Shown: positions 43,280 through 51,523 of the stretch, piece after piece
Position numbering within the stretch: position 1 is the stretch's first letter
How the letters are laid out: each line of letters starts with the position of its first letter
DNA from: Myxococcales bacterium
Lineage (GTDB): Bacteria > Myxococcota_A > UBA9160 > UBA4427
Direction: 5' to 3'
Length of the DNA: 64,000 bases
Assembly: GCA_014240165.1 (NCBI GenBank)
Contig: JAAZXM010000009.1
Coordinates: forward strand, 18,624 to 82,623
Position numbers and translations under genes: made by a program
Notes under the pieces: generated by a model
The model's input: the letters and a program-made list of their open reading frames with translations, nothing else
Database searches by the model: none
Told to the model about the DNA's origin: nothing

Positions 43280-45823
43280 TTATAGCATATCGACGGGATC
43301 GACATCCACTGCCACCTGGATTCCGCGCTCGCCCCGGCGTCCGAGTTCGGCCATGCGCTGGGAGACGGCGCGAACAGCGGCGGGGTCATTGCCCTTGATG
43401 ACGATTTGCTGGCGATGTCGACCCCGCAAGCGGGGAAAGGCCGCCGGGACCGGCCCCAGCACATCGCAGGCCGCGTGGGCGCCCGTGGCTCCGTCGGCCG
43501 GAGATTGGGGCAGGCCCGCGCGGCCGGCTTCCGCCAGGCTCTCCGCCGCTGCGACCGTGGCGGGAAGGTCTTCGCCCGAGACCACGACCTGGCTGATCCG
43601 GCCAAAGGGGGGATAGCCGAGCGCGGCCCGGTGCCCGAGTTCTTCGCGATAGAACGTCTCGTAGTCGTGTTTGCGTACGGGTCGGATCGCATAATGGTCG
43701 GGAAGAAAGCTCTGAAGCAGAACCCGCCCCGGGGCCTGGGCCCGGCCGGCCCGGCCCGCCACCTGGGTGAGGAGTTGGAAGCAGCGCTCGGCCGCCCGAA
43801 AGTCGGGCATATGGAGCCCGAGGTCCGCGGCGATCACGCCCACCAGGCGAACGCCGGGAAAGTCGTGCCCCTTGGCGATCATCTGGGTCCCGATCACGAT
43901 ATCGATTTCGCCGGAGCCCAGGCCGGCGAGGACCGCGCCGACATGCCCCCGCCGCTGCGCCGTGTCCCGATCGAGCCGGGCTGTGCGCGCCGAGGGCAGG
44001 AAGGCGCGGATTTCCTCTTCCAGTCTTTCCGTGCCCGTGCCCAGCAAAGCCGTATCCGCGTTGCCGCAGCCGCCGCAATGCTCGGGCGGGGGTTTGTGAA
44101 AGTCGCAGTAATGGCAGCGCAAGCGGTGTTCCGTGGCGTGGTAGACCAGGGCCACGTCGCAATCCGGGCAATGTTCGGCGAAGCCGCAGTCGAAGCAGAA
44201 GATCCGGGTGGAAAAGCCGCGCCGGTTCAGGAAGAGAATGCTTTGGGCCGATTCCTCGAGGGTTTCCACCAATGCTTTTCGCATGGCTTTCGAGAGAATC
44301 AGTTTCCGACCCCGGGGTGCTCGCCGGCGCTCCTCCTCGAGGTCGATGATCTCCACCGAGGGCAGGGGACGCCCCCCAATACGCCGGGGCAGGATGAGGC
44401 GTTCGATCTCGCCCTGTTCCGCGCGGTAGCGGCTTTCCAGCGCCGGGGTGGCCGACCCCAGCACAAGGGGACATTTGAAGAGAACCGAAAGTTGCTCCGC
44501 GAGTCGGCGCGCGTGATAGCGAAAGCCCTGCTCGTTCTTGTACGCCGAGTCGTGTTCTTCATCGATGACGATCAGTCCGATATCGGCGAGGGGCGCGAAG
44601 AGGGCGCTGCGGGCGCCCACTGCGATATCCGTGTCACCCGCATGCAGGCGCTGCCATTGTTCCAGGCGCTCGCCCGGCGACAGGCCGCTGTGGAGGACGG
44701 CGAGCCCGTCGCCGAAGCGTCCACGGAGCCGGGCGACGATCTGGTGGGTCAGGGAAATTTCGGGTACCAGGATCAGCGCCTGCCGCCCCATCTCCCGAGC
44801 GGTGGCCACGGCGCGCAAGTAGATCTCGGTCTTTCCGCTGCCGGTCACGCCGTGAAGCAGGAAGGTCTGGTTGCGCCGGTCCCGGACGCAGCGATTGATG
44901 GGGTCGAGGACTTCAGCCTGATCGTCGGTCAGGGGCAGGGGATCCTCAGCGGGGACGGGAGGCCCCAGCACATTGCGCGGCGCGTCGCGCTCAAAGGTTT
45001 CCGCCAGGCCCCGAGCCACCAGGGCCCTCAGTTGCGCAGGCCCGGAGCCGGCCCTTTCCCCGAGTTGCGCGGTGGGGATCGGCCCCTGGTCGGCCAGCGT
45101 CCTGAGCAGGTGAGCCTGCTTCGGGGCGCGGGCCAGGTCCTCTTGGCAGCGGGCTTCCACGTCGACGTCCTTGGCAATCCGGGCGAGTCTTTCCCGGGCC
45201 ATTCGCGCAGCGGGGCTCCGCAGGTTCTGGACTTCGCGGATCAGGCGGTCCGCCATCAGGCCGGGAACAACTTCCCGCGCTTCGGGAATCCTGCGGCCGA
45301 GACCCGCCGCATCGGCAGGTCTTTCGGCAAGCAGGTCCAGCACCTGCGCGGCGATGCCCCGTGCGCCTCCGCTGCGCCGGGCTTCCTGCCCGCGCGGGGT
45401 CAGGGTGAGTTGCTTGACGACCCGGGGCGAAGAGCCCGCCGGCAGCGCGCTGGCCAGGGCCAGGCCAACGGGGCAGAGCACTTCGTCCGCGGCCCGGGTC
45501 AGCAGGGTCAGCATTTCCGTGGAGAGCACCGGGCTGGGGTCGAGAATTTTCTCGATTTCCGCGCGAATTGCGGCTTCGTCTTCCGCCGCGGAGGGGGATT
45601 CCTTCTCGGGGCCGGTATGCTGGTCCGAAGCGGTGGGCTCGAGGCACTCGACGACGACGCCCGTGAGCCGCCGTCCGGAAAAAGGAACCAGCACCCGCTG
45701 GCCGGGGGCGAGCGCAGCCGTTTCGCTGTCGGGGACGCGATAGCTGAAAAGGGAATCGATGGGGACCGGAAGCGCGACGCGGACCACGCGACGGCTGGGG
45801 GTGACAAAGAGCGATTCGGTCAT
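43280..45823 (-). CDS. priA: Primosomal replication-restart helicase PriA
   Basis: 847 aa. Walker A GVTGSGKT, DEEHD box and Cys-rich zinc region CxxC..CxxC..CHYC..CGxC. Confidence 0.9.
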   Translation of the reverse strand: MTESLFVTPSRRVVRVALPVPIDSLFSYRVPDSETAALAPGQRVLVPFSGRRLTGVVVECLEPTASDQHTGPEKESPSAAEDEAAIRAEIEKILDPSPVLSTEMLTLLTRAADEVLCPVGLALASALPAGSSPRVVKQLTLTPRGQEARRSGGARGIAAQVLDLLAERPADAAGLGRRIPEAREVVPGLMADRLIREVQNLRSPAARMARERLARIAKDVDVEARCQEDLARAPKQAHLLRTLADQGPIPTAQLGERAGSGPAQLRALVARGLAETFERDAPRNVLGPPVPAEDPLPLTDDQAEVLDPINRCVRDRRNQTFLLHGVTGSGKTEIYLRAVATAREMGRQALILVPEISLTHQIVARLRGRFGDGLAVLHSGLSPGERLEQWQRLHAGDTDIAVGARSALFAPLADIGLIVIDEEHDSAYKNEQGFRYHARRLAEQLSVLFKCPLVLGSATPALESRYRAEQGEIERLILPRRIGGRPLPSVEIIDLEEERRRAPRGRKLILSKAMRKALVETLEESAQSILFLNRRGFSTRIFCFDCGFAEHCPDCDVALVYHATEHRLRCHYCDFHKPPPEHCGGCGNADTALLGTGTERLEEEIRAFLPSARTARLDRDTAQRRGHVGAVLAGLGSGEIDIVIGTQMIAKGHDFPGVRLVGVIAADLGLHMPDFRAAERCFQLLTQVAGRAGRAQAPGRVLLQSFLPDHYAIRPVRKHDYETFYREELGHRAALGYPPFGRISQVVVSGEDLPATVAAAESLAEAGRAGLPQSPADGATGAHAACDVLGPVPAAFPRLRGRHRQQIVIKGNDPAAVRAVSQRMAELGRRGERGIQVAVDVDPVDML

Positions 45824-45865
45824 CGGGGCCAGTATACCCGCACAGACCCGGGCGAAGGGGCGGGC

Positions 45866-46609
45866 ATGAATCCTCCGGCGAGTCGCCGCCCCAAGAAGAA
45901 GGCGCGGGTTCGGGTCCAGAGCGACCGTTTCGGCAAACGCCTGATCGTCGATGAAACCTTCGCCTCCCTCTACCGCGCGGAAAGTCCGGCCACGGGCTGC
46001 GTCTGGGACGCCTTGGCGGCGCCCCTATTGGCCCTGCCGCCCGCTCGCCGTCGCCGGGTCCTGCTGCTCGGCCTGGGCGGGGGGAGCGCTGCCCGAATCG
46101 TGCGCGCCCTGGCGCCCGAGGCCCGTATTGTGGGGGTGGAACTCGACGCCGAGGTGGTGCGCCTGGCCCGGGCGCATTTCGACCTCGATGCTCTGGATAT
46201 CGAAGTGCGCATCGAGGATGCCCAGGAGGTGCTCCGCGCGGAGCCGGGCCCTTTCGACCTGGTGGTGGACGACATTTTCGTGGGCCGAGGGGACGAGGTC
46301 CGCAAACCCGATTGGTTGCCTCATCCGGGGCTCGATCGGGCCGCAGGGCTGCTGGCCCGGGGTGGATTATTGGTGACCAATACCCTCGACGAGGCGCCCG
46401 AGGTGGCGGCGGTCCTGGCTCGCCGCTTTCCCGGCTTGCTCCGGATCGAGGTGGAGGACTACGACAACCGGATTTTCGTCGCCGGCCCGGCGCGACTCGA
46501 TGCGCGTGCGCTGCGCTCGGCGGTGGCCGCGGACCCGGTCCTGGCGCCCAGTCTGGGGATTCTGCGCTTTCGCGACTGGCGTCGGCGCGTGCCGGGAGAG
46601 CGGGGCTGA
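45866..46609 (+). CDS. Class I SAM-dependent methyltransferase / spermidine-synthase-like protein
   Basis: This is the real C-terminal part of the 1067-aa shadow ORF. ATG 45866. VLLLGLGGGSAARIV...VGVELD...DLVVDD motifs. Confidence 0.6.
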   Translation: MNPPASRRPKKKARVRVQSDRFGKRLIVDETFASLYRAESPATGCVWDALAAPLLALPPARRRRVLLLGLGGGSAARIVRALAPEARIVGVELDAEVVRLARAHFDLDALDIEVRIEDAQEVLRAEPGPFDLVVDDIFVGRGDEVRKPDWLPHPGLDRAAGLLARGGLLVTNTLDEAPEVAAVLARRFPGLLRIEVEDYDNRIFVAGPARLDARALRSAVAADPVLAPSLGILRFRDWRRRVPGERG

Positions 46610-46637
46610 TCGCTGCGCGGGCTCCTCGCCGGGGGGC

Positions 46638-49142
46638 TCAGGGGGGGCCGGGCGAAGCGGCGGGCACGCCCACGGGACCGGCGCGGTGGGGCCGGGCGGC
46701 ACGGTATTGGTCGAAGCGTGCCTCGAGAGCCGGAATCCGATCCGAACGCCCCTCGGCCCGGGCGATTTCCAGGGCCCGGGCTGCGGCTTTTTGCGCTTCC
46801 GGGAACCGGCCGAGTTCGGCCAGGGCAGCCCCCTGGGCATCGAAACTTCTGCTGCTCGGACTCGGCTCCGCCGCCAGGGCCCGGTTTGCATAGCGAAGTG
46901 CCGCATCGCCCCGTCGCAGGCCGGGTTGGGGCGCGGTGGCCAGGCTGAAAGCGAGGCTGGCGAGCAGGCCGGGATCTCGGCCTCTGCGCTGAACGGCGCT
47001 TTCGAGGACCGCGATCGTTTCGGCGTGTTGGCCCAGGCCCCGCAGCGCACTCGCCATGTTCTGGCTTGCGCCCGGGAGGTCGGGATCCTGCCGAAGCGCC
47101 AGCCTGTAGTGAGCGATGGCGGGATTGGTCCGCCCCGCCAGCAGGTGGACATCGCCGCTGCGCTGGAGGGCGCGCGCACTGCGCGGATCGAGTTCGAGGG
47201 CGCTGCCGAAATCCGCCAGTGCCGCCGACCGGTCGCCGAGTCCCAGATGGGCCTCACCCCGGCAGAGGTAGGCGGCCACGGGTTGGGTCTCGAGTCGGAG
47301 GGCCAGGCTGAGGGGGGCGAGGGCCTGCCGGTATTGTCTCCCGCGCTTGAGCGCGCAGCCCAAACCCAATTGGGCCGCACCATAGGCGGGCTGAAGATCG
47401 ACCGCGGCTTCAAATTGCTCGAGTGCCGCGGGCGCCCGTCCCGAGGCGGCCAGGGCCTGGGCCCACTCGAGTCGAATCTCGGCGTTTTCAGGAAAGCGCT
47501 TCCCGGCCCGGGTGAGCCCCGAAAGCGCGCTCGCGAGTCGCTCGGTGCGGCGGTGTTCCCGGGCCAGTGCAAGCTGGAGATAGGGGCTTCCCGGCTTGAG
47601 GCGCACGGCTTCTTCGTAATGCGCCCGGGCCAGATCGTGGCGCTCGCGATCCGAGAGCGGTGCGCCGGCGTAGAGATCGGCCAGATATTTATGACCCTCG
47701 CCCTGCATCGCCTGGTGAAAAGCGGCGCGATCCGCGGGCGGATTCGTTGCGATTCCCCAGGCGACAGCGAGCCCGACGCATCCGGAGAGACCCAAGAGCC
47801 CGAAACGTCTCTCGCGCACCAGGTCGGGGAGTCGGCTGAGCCCGCCCGCCGCGGCAAGGATCAGCAGCGGGTAGACGGGCAGGCGATAGCGGGCGTTGCA
47901 GAAGAAGAGCACAACCGTGGCCATGTAGAGCAGCAGGAAACCGGCTGGCAGCAGCCACCGCTTCCAGCGGTCGGCCAAGAGTACGAAGCCCGCGAGCCCA
48001 AAGATGGCGATCAAGGGAAAACCAATGATGAAGAGAGAGGAAATTTCAGAGCGCTCGGCAAAGAAGCGGATGGGTTGGTTGTTGGGGAGTTCGACCGGGC
48101 TCCAGAAGAGTCGAAACTTTTTCAGCATGTGCGCTGCAAAGTCCGTGGGGTTCGCCTTGATCCACTCGAATGACTTTGCGTACCAATAGTCGGAGATCTC
48201 CTGCCGGCTCAGAGAATGGCCGAGTTCGGCTTCGGGGATGCGGTGGGCGTCCTCGTAGCCGCCGCGGACGGAGCGGCGACCGTCGGGAAGCACGGCGGAG
48301 ATGCCATCGGATTCGGGGTTGTTGCCGATGTAGAAATTGATTCCGCCGCTGTAGGTGATGAAAACGGGTTCGCCCCCAACCCAGGCATTGCGCAAACTCA
48401 CCGGGGCCACGATGCAGACCGCGCTGATTGCCACCACGGCGGCGGCCCACCATTTTCGGCTCGCCCAGCGCGCGCCCGGCAGGGCGATGAAGAGCCAGAG
48501 CCCGATGATCGGGGCCAGGGCCAGGAAATTCGGGCGCGTGATGAGACTCAGCCCCCAGACCACGCCCGAGAGGGCGAATAGGGGCAGCGAGTTTCGGCTC
48601 GTGGCCAGCATCAGCGCCAGCATCAGCCCGACTTCGAGCAGGCACTCGAGGCCCACCGTGAGCAGTTCGCCATCGAAATAGATCGCGGGCCAGTAGACCG
48701 CGGCCAGGATTCCCGCGACCCATCCCGCCCGGTAGCCTCCGAGCGCTGCGCCCAGGCGCGCGATCCCATAGCTGGTGAGGGCGCCCAGGCAGGCCCCGGC
48801 GATGCGGGCCCAGATGATGCTCGGTCCGACGGTGCTGTAGAGGAGCGCCAACCCGTAGTAGTAGAAGGGCGCCCTGTAATAGGGCTCCGCTTCCATGCCG
48901 GGCCCCACCGCGATGGCCCGGGCCCAGGCGTCGTGATCGAAGGCGTCGCCACGCACGAGTTCGAAGAAGGGGTTGTTGCGCGCCTGTCCCCAGAGGTAGA
49001 GCCCGCGCAGCACCAGGGAGAGAACCCCGATGCCGATGAGGACGAGGTGCTGCCGCCGGGTGAGGTGCCAATCGAGGGCCGGTTCAGTCGGTGTGGACGG
49101 CGCCAATGGGGGATCCTCGCTGCCGGAGCCTTTGTCTACCAC
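46638..49142 (-). CDS. Glycosyltransferase family 39 (ArnT/PMT-like) membrane domain fused to C-terminal TPR repeats
   Basis: 834 aa. About 12 TM helices in the N-terminal half (RGDAFDHDAW loop), then at least 8 TPR units. Confidence 0.8.
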   Translation of the reverse strand: MVDKGSGSEDPPLAPSTPTEPALDWHLTRRQHLVLIGIGVLSLVLRGLYLWGQARNNPFFELVRGDAFDHDAWARAIAVGPGMEAEPYYRAPFYYYGLALLYSTVGPSIIWARIAGACLGALTSYGIARLGAALGGYRAGWVAGILAAVYWPAIYFDGELLTVGLECLLEVGLMLALMLATSRNSLPLFALSGVVWGLSLITRPNFLALAPIIGLWLFIALPGARWASRKWWAAAVVAISAVCIVAPVSLRNAWVGGEPVFITYSGGINFYIGNNPESDGISAVLPDGRRSVRGGYEDAHRIPEAELGHSLSRQEISDYWYAKSFEWIKANPTDFAAHMLKKFRLFWSPVELPNNQPIRFFAERSEISSLFIIGFPLIAIFGLAGFVLLADRWKRWLLPAGFLLLYMATVVLFFCNARYRLPVYPLLILAAAGGLSRLPDLVRERRFGLLGLSGCVGLAVAWGIATNPPADRAAFHQAMQGEGHKYLADLYAGAPLSDRERHDLARAHYEEAVRLKPGSPYLQLALAREHRRTERLASALSGLTRAGKRFPENAEIRLEWAQALAASGRAPAALEQFEAAVDLQPAYGAAQLGLGCALKRGRQYRQALAPLSLALRLETQPVAAYLCRGEAHLGLGDRSAALADFGSALELDPRSARALQRSGDVHLLAGRTNPAIAHYRLALRQDPDLPGASQNMASALRGLGQHAETIAVLESAVQRRGRDPGLLASLAFSLATAPQPGLRRGDAALRYANRALAAEPSPSSRSFDAQGAALAELGRFPEAQKAAARALEIARAEGRSDRIPALEARFDQYRAARPHRAGPVGVPAASPGPP

Positions 49143-49220
49143 GGCCCCAGCCTAGGGCAGATCGAGCCGGCATCGCTGCCCAACCCTTCCCGCGCCCCTC
49201 CCCGGTCTACCGGGGGCGGT

Positions 49221-50171
49221 TCATTGGGGCGCGGTGCCGACCGGTTGCCCGCTGGCTTGCAGCAGGGTCTTCATTGCCCGCTCGATTTCTGCCTGGGCGG
49301 CCCGCGTCGCCCGGGGGTCGTAGATCGAACCGGCATCGCGGTTGACCGCGCTCGGTCGCGCGTGGTCGAAGGTGTGGGTGGCCCCCTCGAAGAGGCGGTA
49401 GCTGAAGCGGGGAGACTCGTTGGGGCCCGGGGCCTGCCCCTCCGCGTATTCGATGCAGGCCTGGGCATCGATGTAGCGGTCCTCGCCTGCGAGGAAGGCC
49501 ACCGTGGGCACGTCGACGGTCCAGGCTTCGAGGCAGGGGCCATAGAAAAGGAAGGCGGCACGCACGCCGCGCAGACCCGAGGCGGGCCACTCGGCCAGGC
49601 CCAGGGGCGGGCGCGAATGGCTCGCCAGAACGAAGAGTTCCCAGATTGTCCAGGCGCCGTGGGAGAAGCCCATGAGGGCCAGGTGTTCGCGGTCCACGAA
49701 GGGCAGTTCCCGGGCGTGTGCCAGGCTGGCCAGCACGTCGGCGGCGCGCTCCCGGCCGGTGAGCGCCTGGAGGTCACAGACGGGCTGACCCTCGAGTTTG
49801 CGCGGGGCGAGGCTATCCACGGCGATCATCGCTGCGCCGCGTTCGCTGTGAAAGCGCCCCCAATCCTCTTCGTGGCTGAGGGTCGGGCCGCTGCAACCAT
49901 GAAGGAAGAGGGTGGTGGGAAAGGGACCGGGTCCGTCGGGTTTGTAGAAACGCAGGGCGGGGACGAGGGCGGCTTCGAGTGCGTCCAGGCTCGTGGGTGA
50001 TGCCTGGGCGGTGCTTCGCGCCTTGGCGAGGAAAGCCTCCATGGAGCCTTGGCGGGCGGCGTCTTCGAGCCCGGGGTCGGGCGGCGGCTCGGGATGGGTT
50101 TCGCCCGATAGGCTGAGGAGGAACGCCGCGGCGCAAAGTGCCCGCAAATTTCGCCCCCGACCCTGGATCAC
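49221..50171 (-). CDS. Dienelactone-hydrolase-like alpha/beta hydrolase (secreted)
   Basis: LFLHGCSGP and MGFSHGAW nucleophile elbow. The GTG start overlaps the upstream stop (GTGA). Confidence 0.7.
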   Translation of the reverse strand: MIQGRGRNLRALCAAAFLLSLSGETHPEPPPDPGLEDAARQGSMEAFLAKARSTAQASPTSLDALEAALVPALRFYKPDGPGPFPTTLFLHGCSGPTLSHEEDWGRFHSERGAAMIAVDSLAPRKLEGQPVCDLQALTGRERAADVLASLAHARELPFVDREHLALMGFSHGAWTIWELFVLASHSRPPLGLAEWPASGLRGVRAAFLFYGPCLEAWTVDVPTVAFLAGEDRYIDAQACIEYAEGQAPGPNESPRFSYRLFEGATHTFDHARPSAVNRDAGSIYDPRATRAAQAEIERAMKTLLQASGQPVGTAPQ

Positions 50172-51067
50172 GCGGGCGCTTCCATGGAGGCCAGGTAGCG
50201 GAGGATCTCGCGTTCTATCCGGGCGGGCTGCTCGGGCAGAATGGCGTGACCGCTGCCGGGGATTTCAAGGAGTTCTACCCGGTCCGGGAAGCGGTCGCGC
50301 AAACGCTGGGCTCCCCCGGGCGCCAAGGCATCCTCGGCGGGCTGCAGGATCAGGATCGGTCGCCCGCCCCCCGCCCCCCACTCCGCGTAGGGGGTCGCCG
50401 CACTGGCGTTCTGCTCGGCAACGCCCGCCAGGGGATACCAACCGCGTATCCAGTTCTCCGCGACCGGGTTGCCCTCGGCAAAGAAAGCCAGGTCGATCGC
50501 CTCCCGGCGCCGGGTTTCCGGGAGGATCCGCAAAAGCGCGAGCCCCAGGGCCTGGGCCGCTTCCGGGGGCGTGGGTTCGCTGCCGCCCGCGGCCAGCAGG
50601 ATCAGCGCCTGGGTGCGCTCGGGAAAATCGCTGGCGAAGGTTCGGGCGACTCGGTTCCCGTAGGCATGGCCGATCACGACGGCCTCTCCGCTGACCCCCG
50701 CCGCATCGAGAACCGCGGCCAGATCCGCCGCGTAGGTGTGGAGGCTGGTTTGCAGGCTTGGCAATTCCGAGCCGTCCACGCCTCGGGGTTGCATGGCGAG
50801 TGTGCGGTAGCCCGCCCGATTGAGCGCCCGGGCGAGTTCGTTGAAATCCGAGGCCGATCGGGCAAAGCTGGGCAGCAAAGCGATGGCGAGACCCGAAGTC
50901 GGTCCGCTCTCGAAGTAGTGGATCCGGGCGTCTTCGCCGACGGCGACCCTGCGTTCGCCTACCGCCGGGCGTGCCGGGTTGTCGCGGAGCGCGGCGTAGA
51001 GACCCGCCGCCGCCAGAACGATCAGAACAGCGAAGGCGATGAGAATTCGCCGCAACCAGCGCAACAT
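50168..51067 (-). CDS. Alpha/beta-fold protein with Ala at the nucleophile position (GHAYG)
   Basis: 299 aa. N-terminal TM helix. The elbow reads VVIGHAYGNRV (codons GGC CAT GCC TAC GGG at 50671-50657). The distal GSGHAILPEQP His is retained. Confidence 0.75.
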   Translation of the reverse strand: MLRWLRRILIAFAVLIVLAAAGLYAALRDNPARPAVGERRVAVGEDARIHYFESGPTSGLAIALLPSFARSASDFNELARALNRAGYRTLAMQPRGVDGSELPSLQTSLHTYAADLAAVLDAAGVSGEAVVIGHAYGNRVARTFASDFPERTQALILLAAGGSEPTPPEAAQALGLALLRILPETRRREAIDLAFFAEGNPVAENWIRGWYPLAGVAEQNASAATPYAEWGAGGGRPILILQPAEDALAPGGAQRLRDRFPDRVELLEIPGSGHAILPEQPARIEREILRYLASMEAPA

Positions 51068-51128
51068 GTCATCTCCTTTCTTTTTTCACCGCGTGGGGTT
51101 CAGTCGAAGTCGCCGAGGGACGCTGCGA

Positions 51129-51482
51129 CTACGCCGGCGCTTCCCCCGTGCCGGCGGGCGCGGTCCGCTCCCGCAGGCAGGCGATCGCCAGGCCGACCAC
51201 GCTGAAGTCGATCACCGCGTGGAAATAGGTCGGGGCCACGGGGATGTCGGCCACGATGCGGTAGACGGCGCCCAGCCCCAATACGAAAGGCACGGCGACG
51301 GCCCACCACAGCGCTTTTCTCGATTGGGTGAGCAAGCCAGCCCCCACCAGGAGGAAGACCATTCCGGTCAGGGCAGGGCTACGGATTTCCGGTGCTGTCC
51401 CGTAGTAGAGCATCTGTGCGGGATGGGTTACGCCTGAAAGAAGCATCAGCCACGCCGCGATCTTCCGGTAGGTCCCCGTCAA
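51129..51482 (-). CDS. Small 4-TM membrane protein, unknown function
   Basis: 117 aa and hydrophobic. Lies 41 nt downstream of the PQQ-ADH gene. No family recognised. Confidence 0.4.
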   Translation of the reverse strand: MTGTYRKIAAWLMLLSGVTHPAQMLYYGTAPEIRSPALTGMVFLLVGAGLLTQSRKALWWAVAVPFVLGLGAVYRIVADIPVAPTYFHAVIDFSVVGLAIACLRERTAPAGTGEAPA

Positions 51483-51523
51483 GGTGGAACTCCTCGCTGG
51501 CTCTTCGTGCTTCTATTGTGGGT

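Noticed and set aside
43406-46609. 1067-aa plus-strand ORF, the longest in the window
   Set aside because: Most of it (43406-45823) is antisense to priA, which has clear helicase and zinc-finger motifs. Its translation is Gly/Arg/Ala/Pro-rich with no motifs, a typical high-GC shadow ORF. Only the last 247 codons (45866-46609, methyltransferase-like) were kept.
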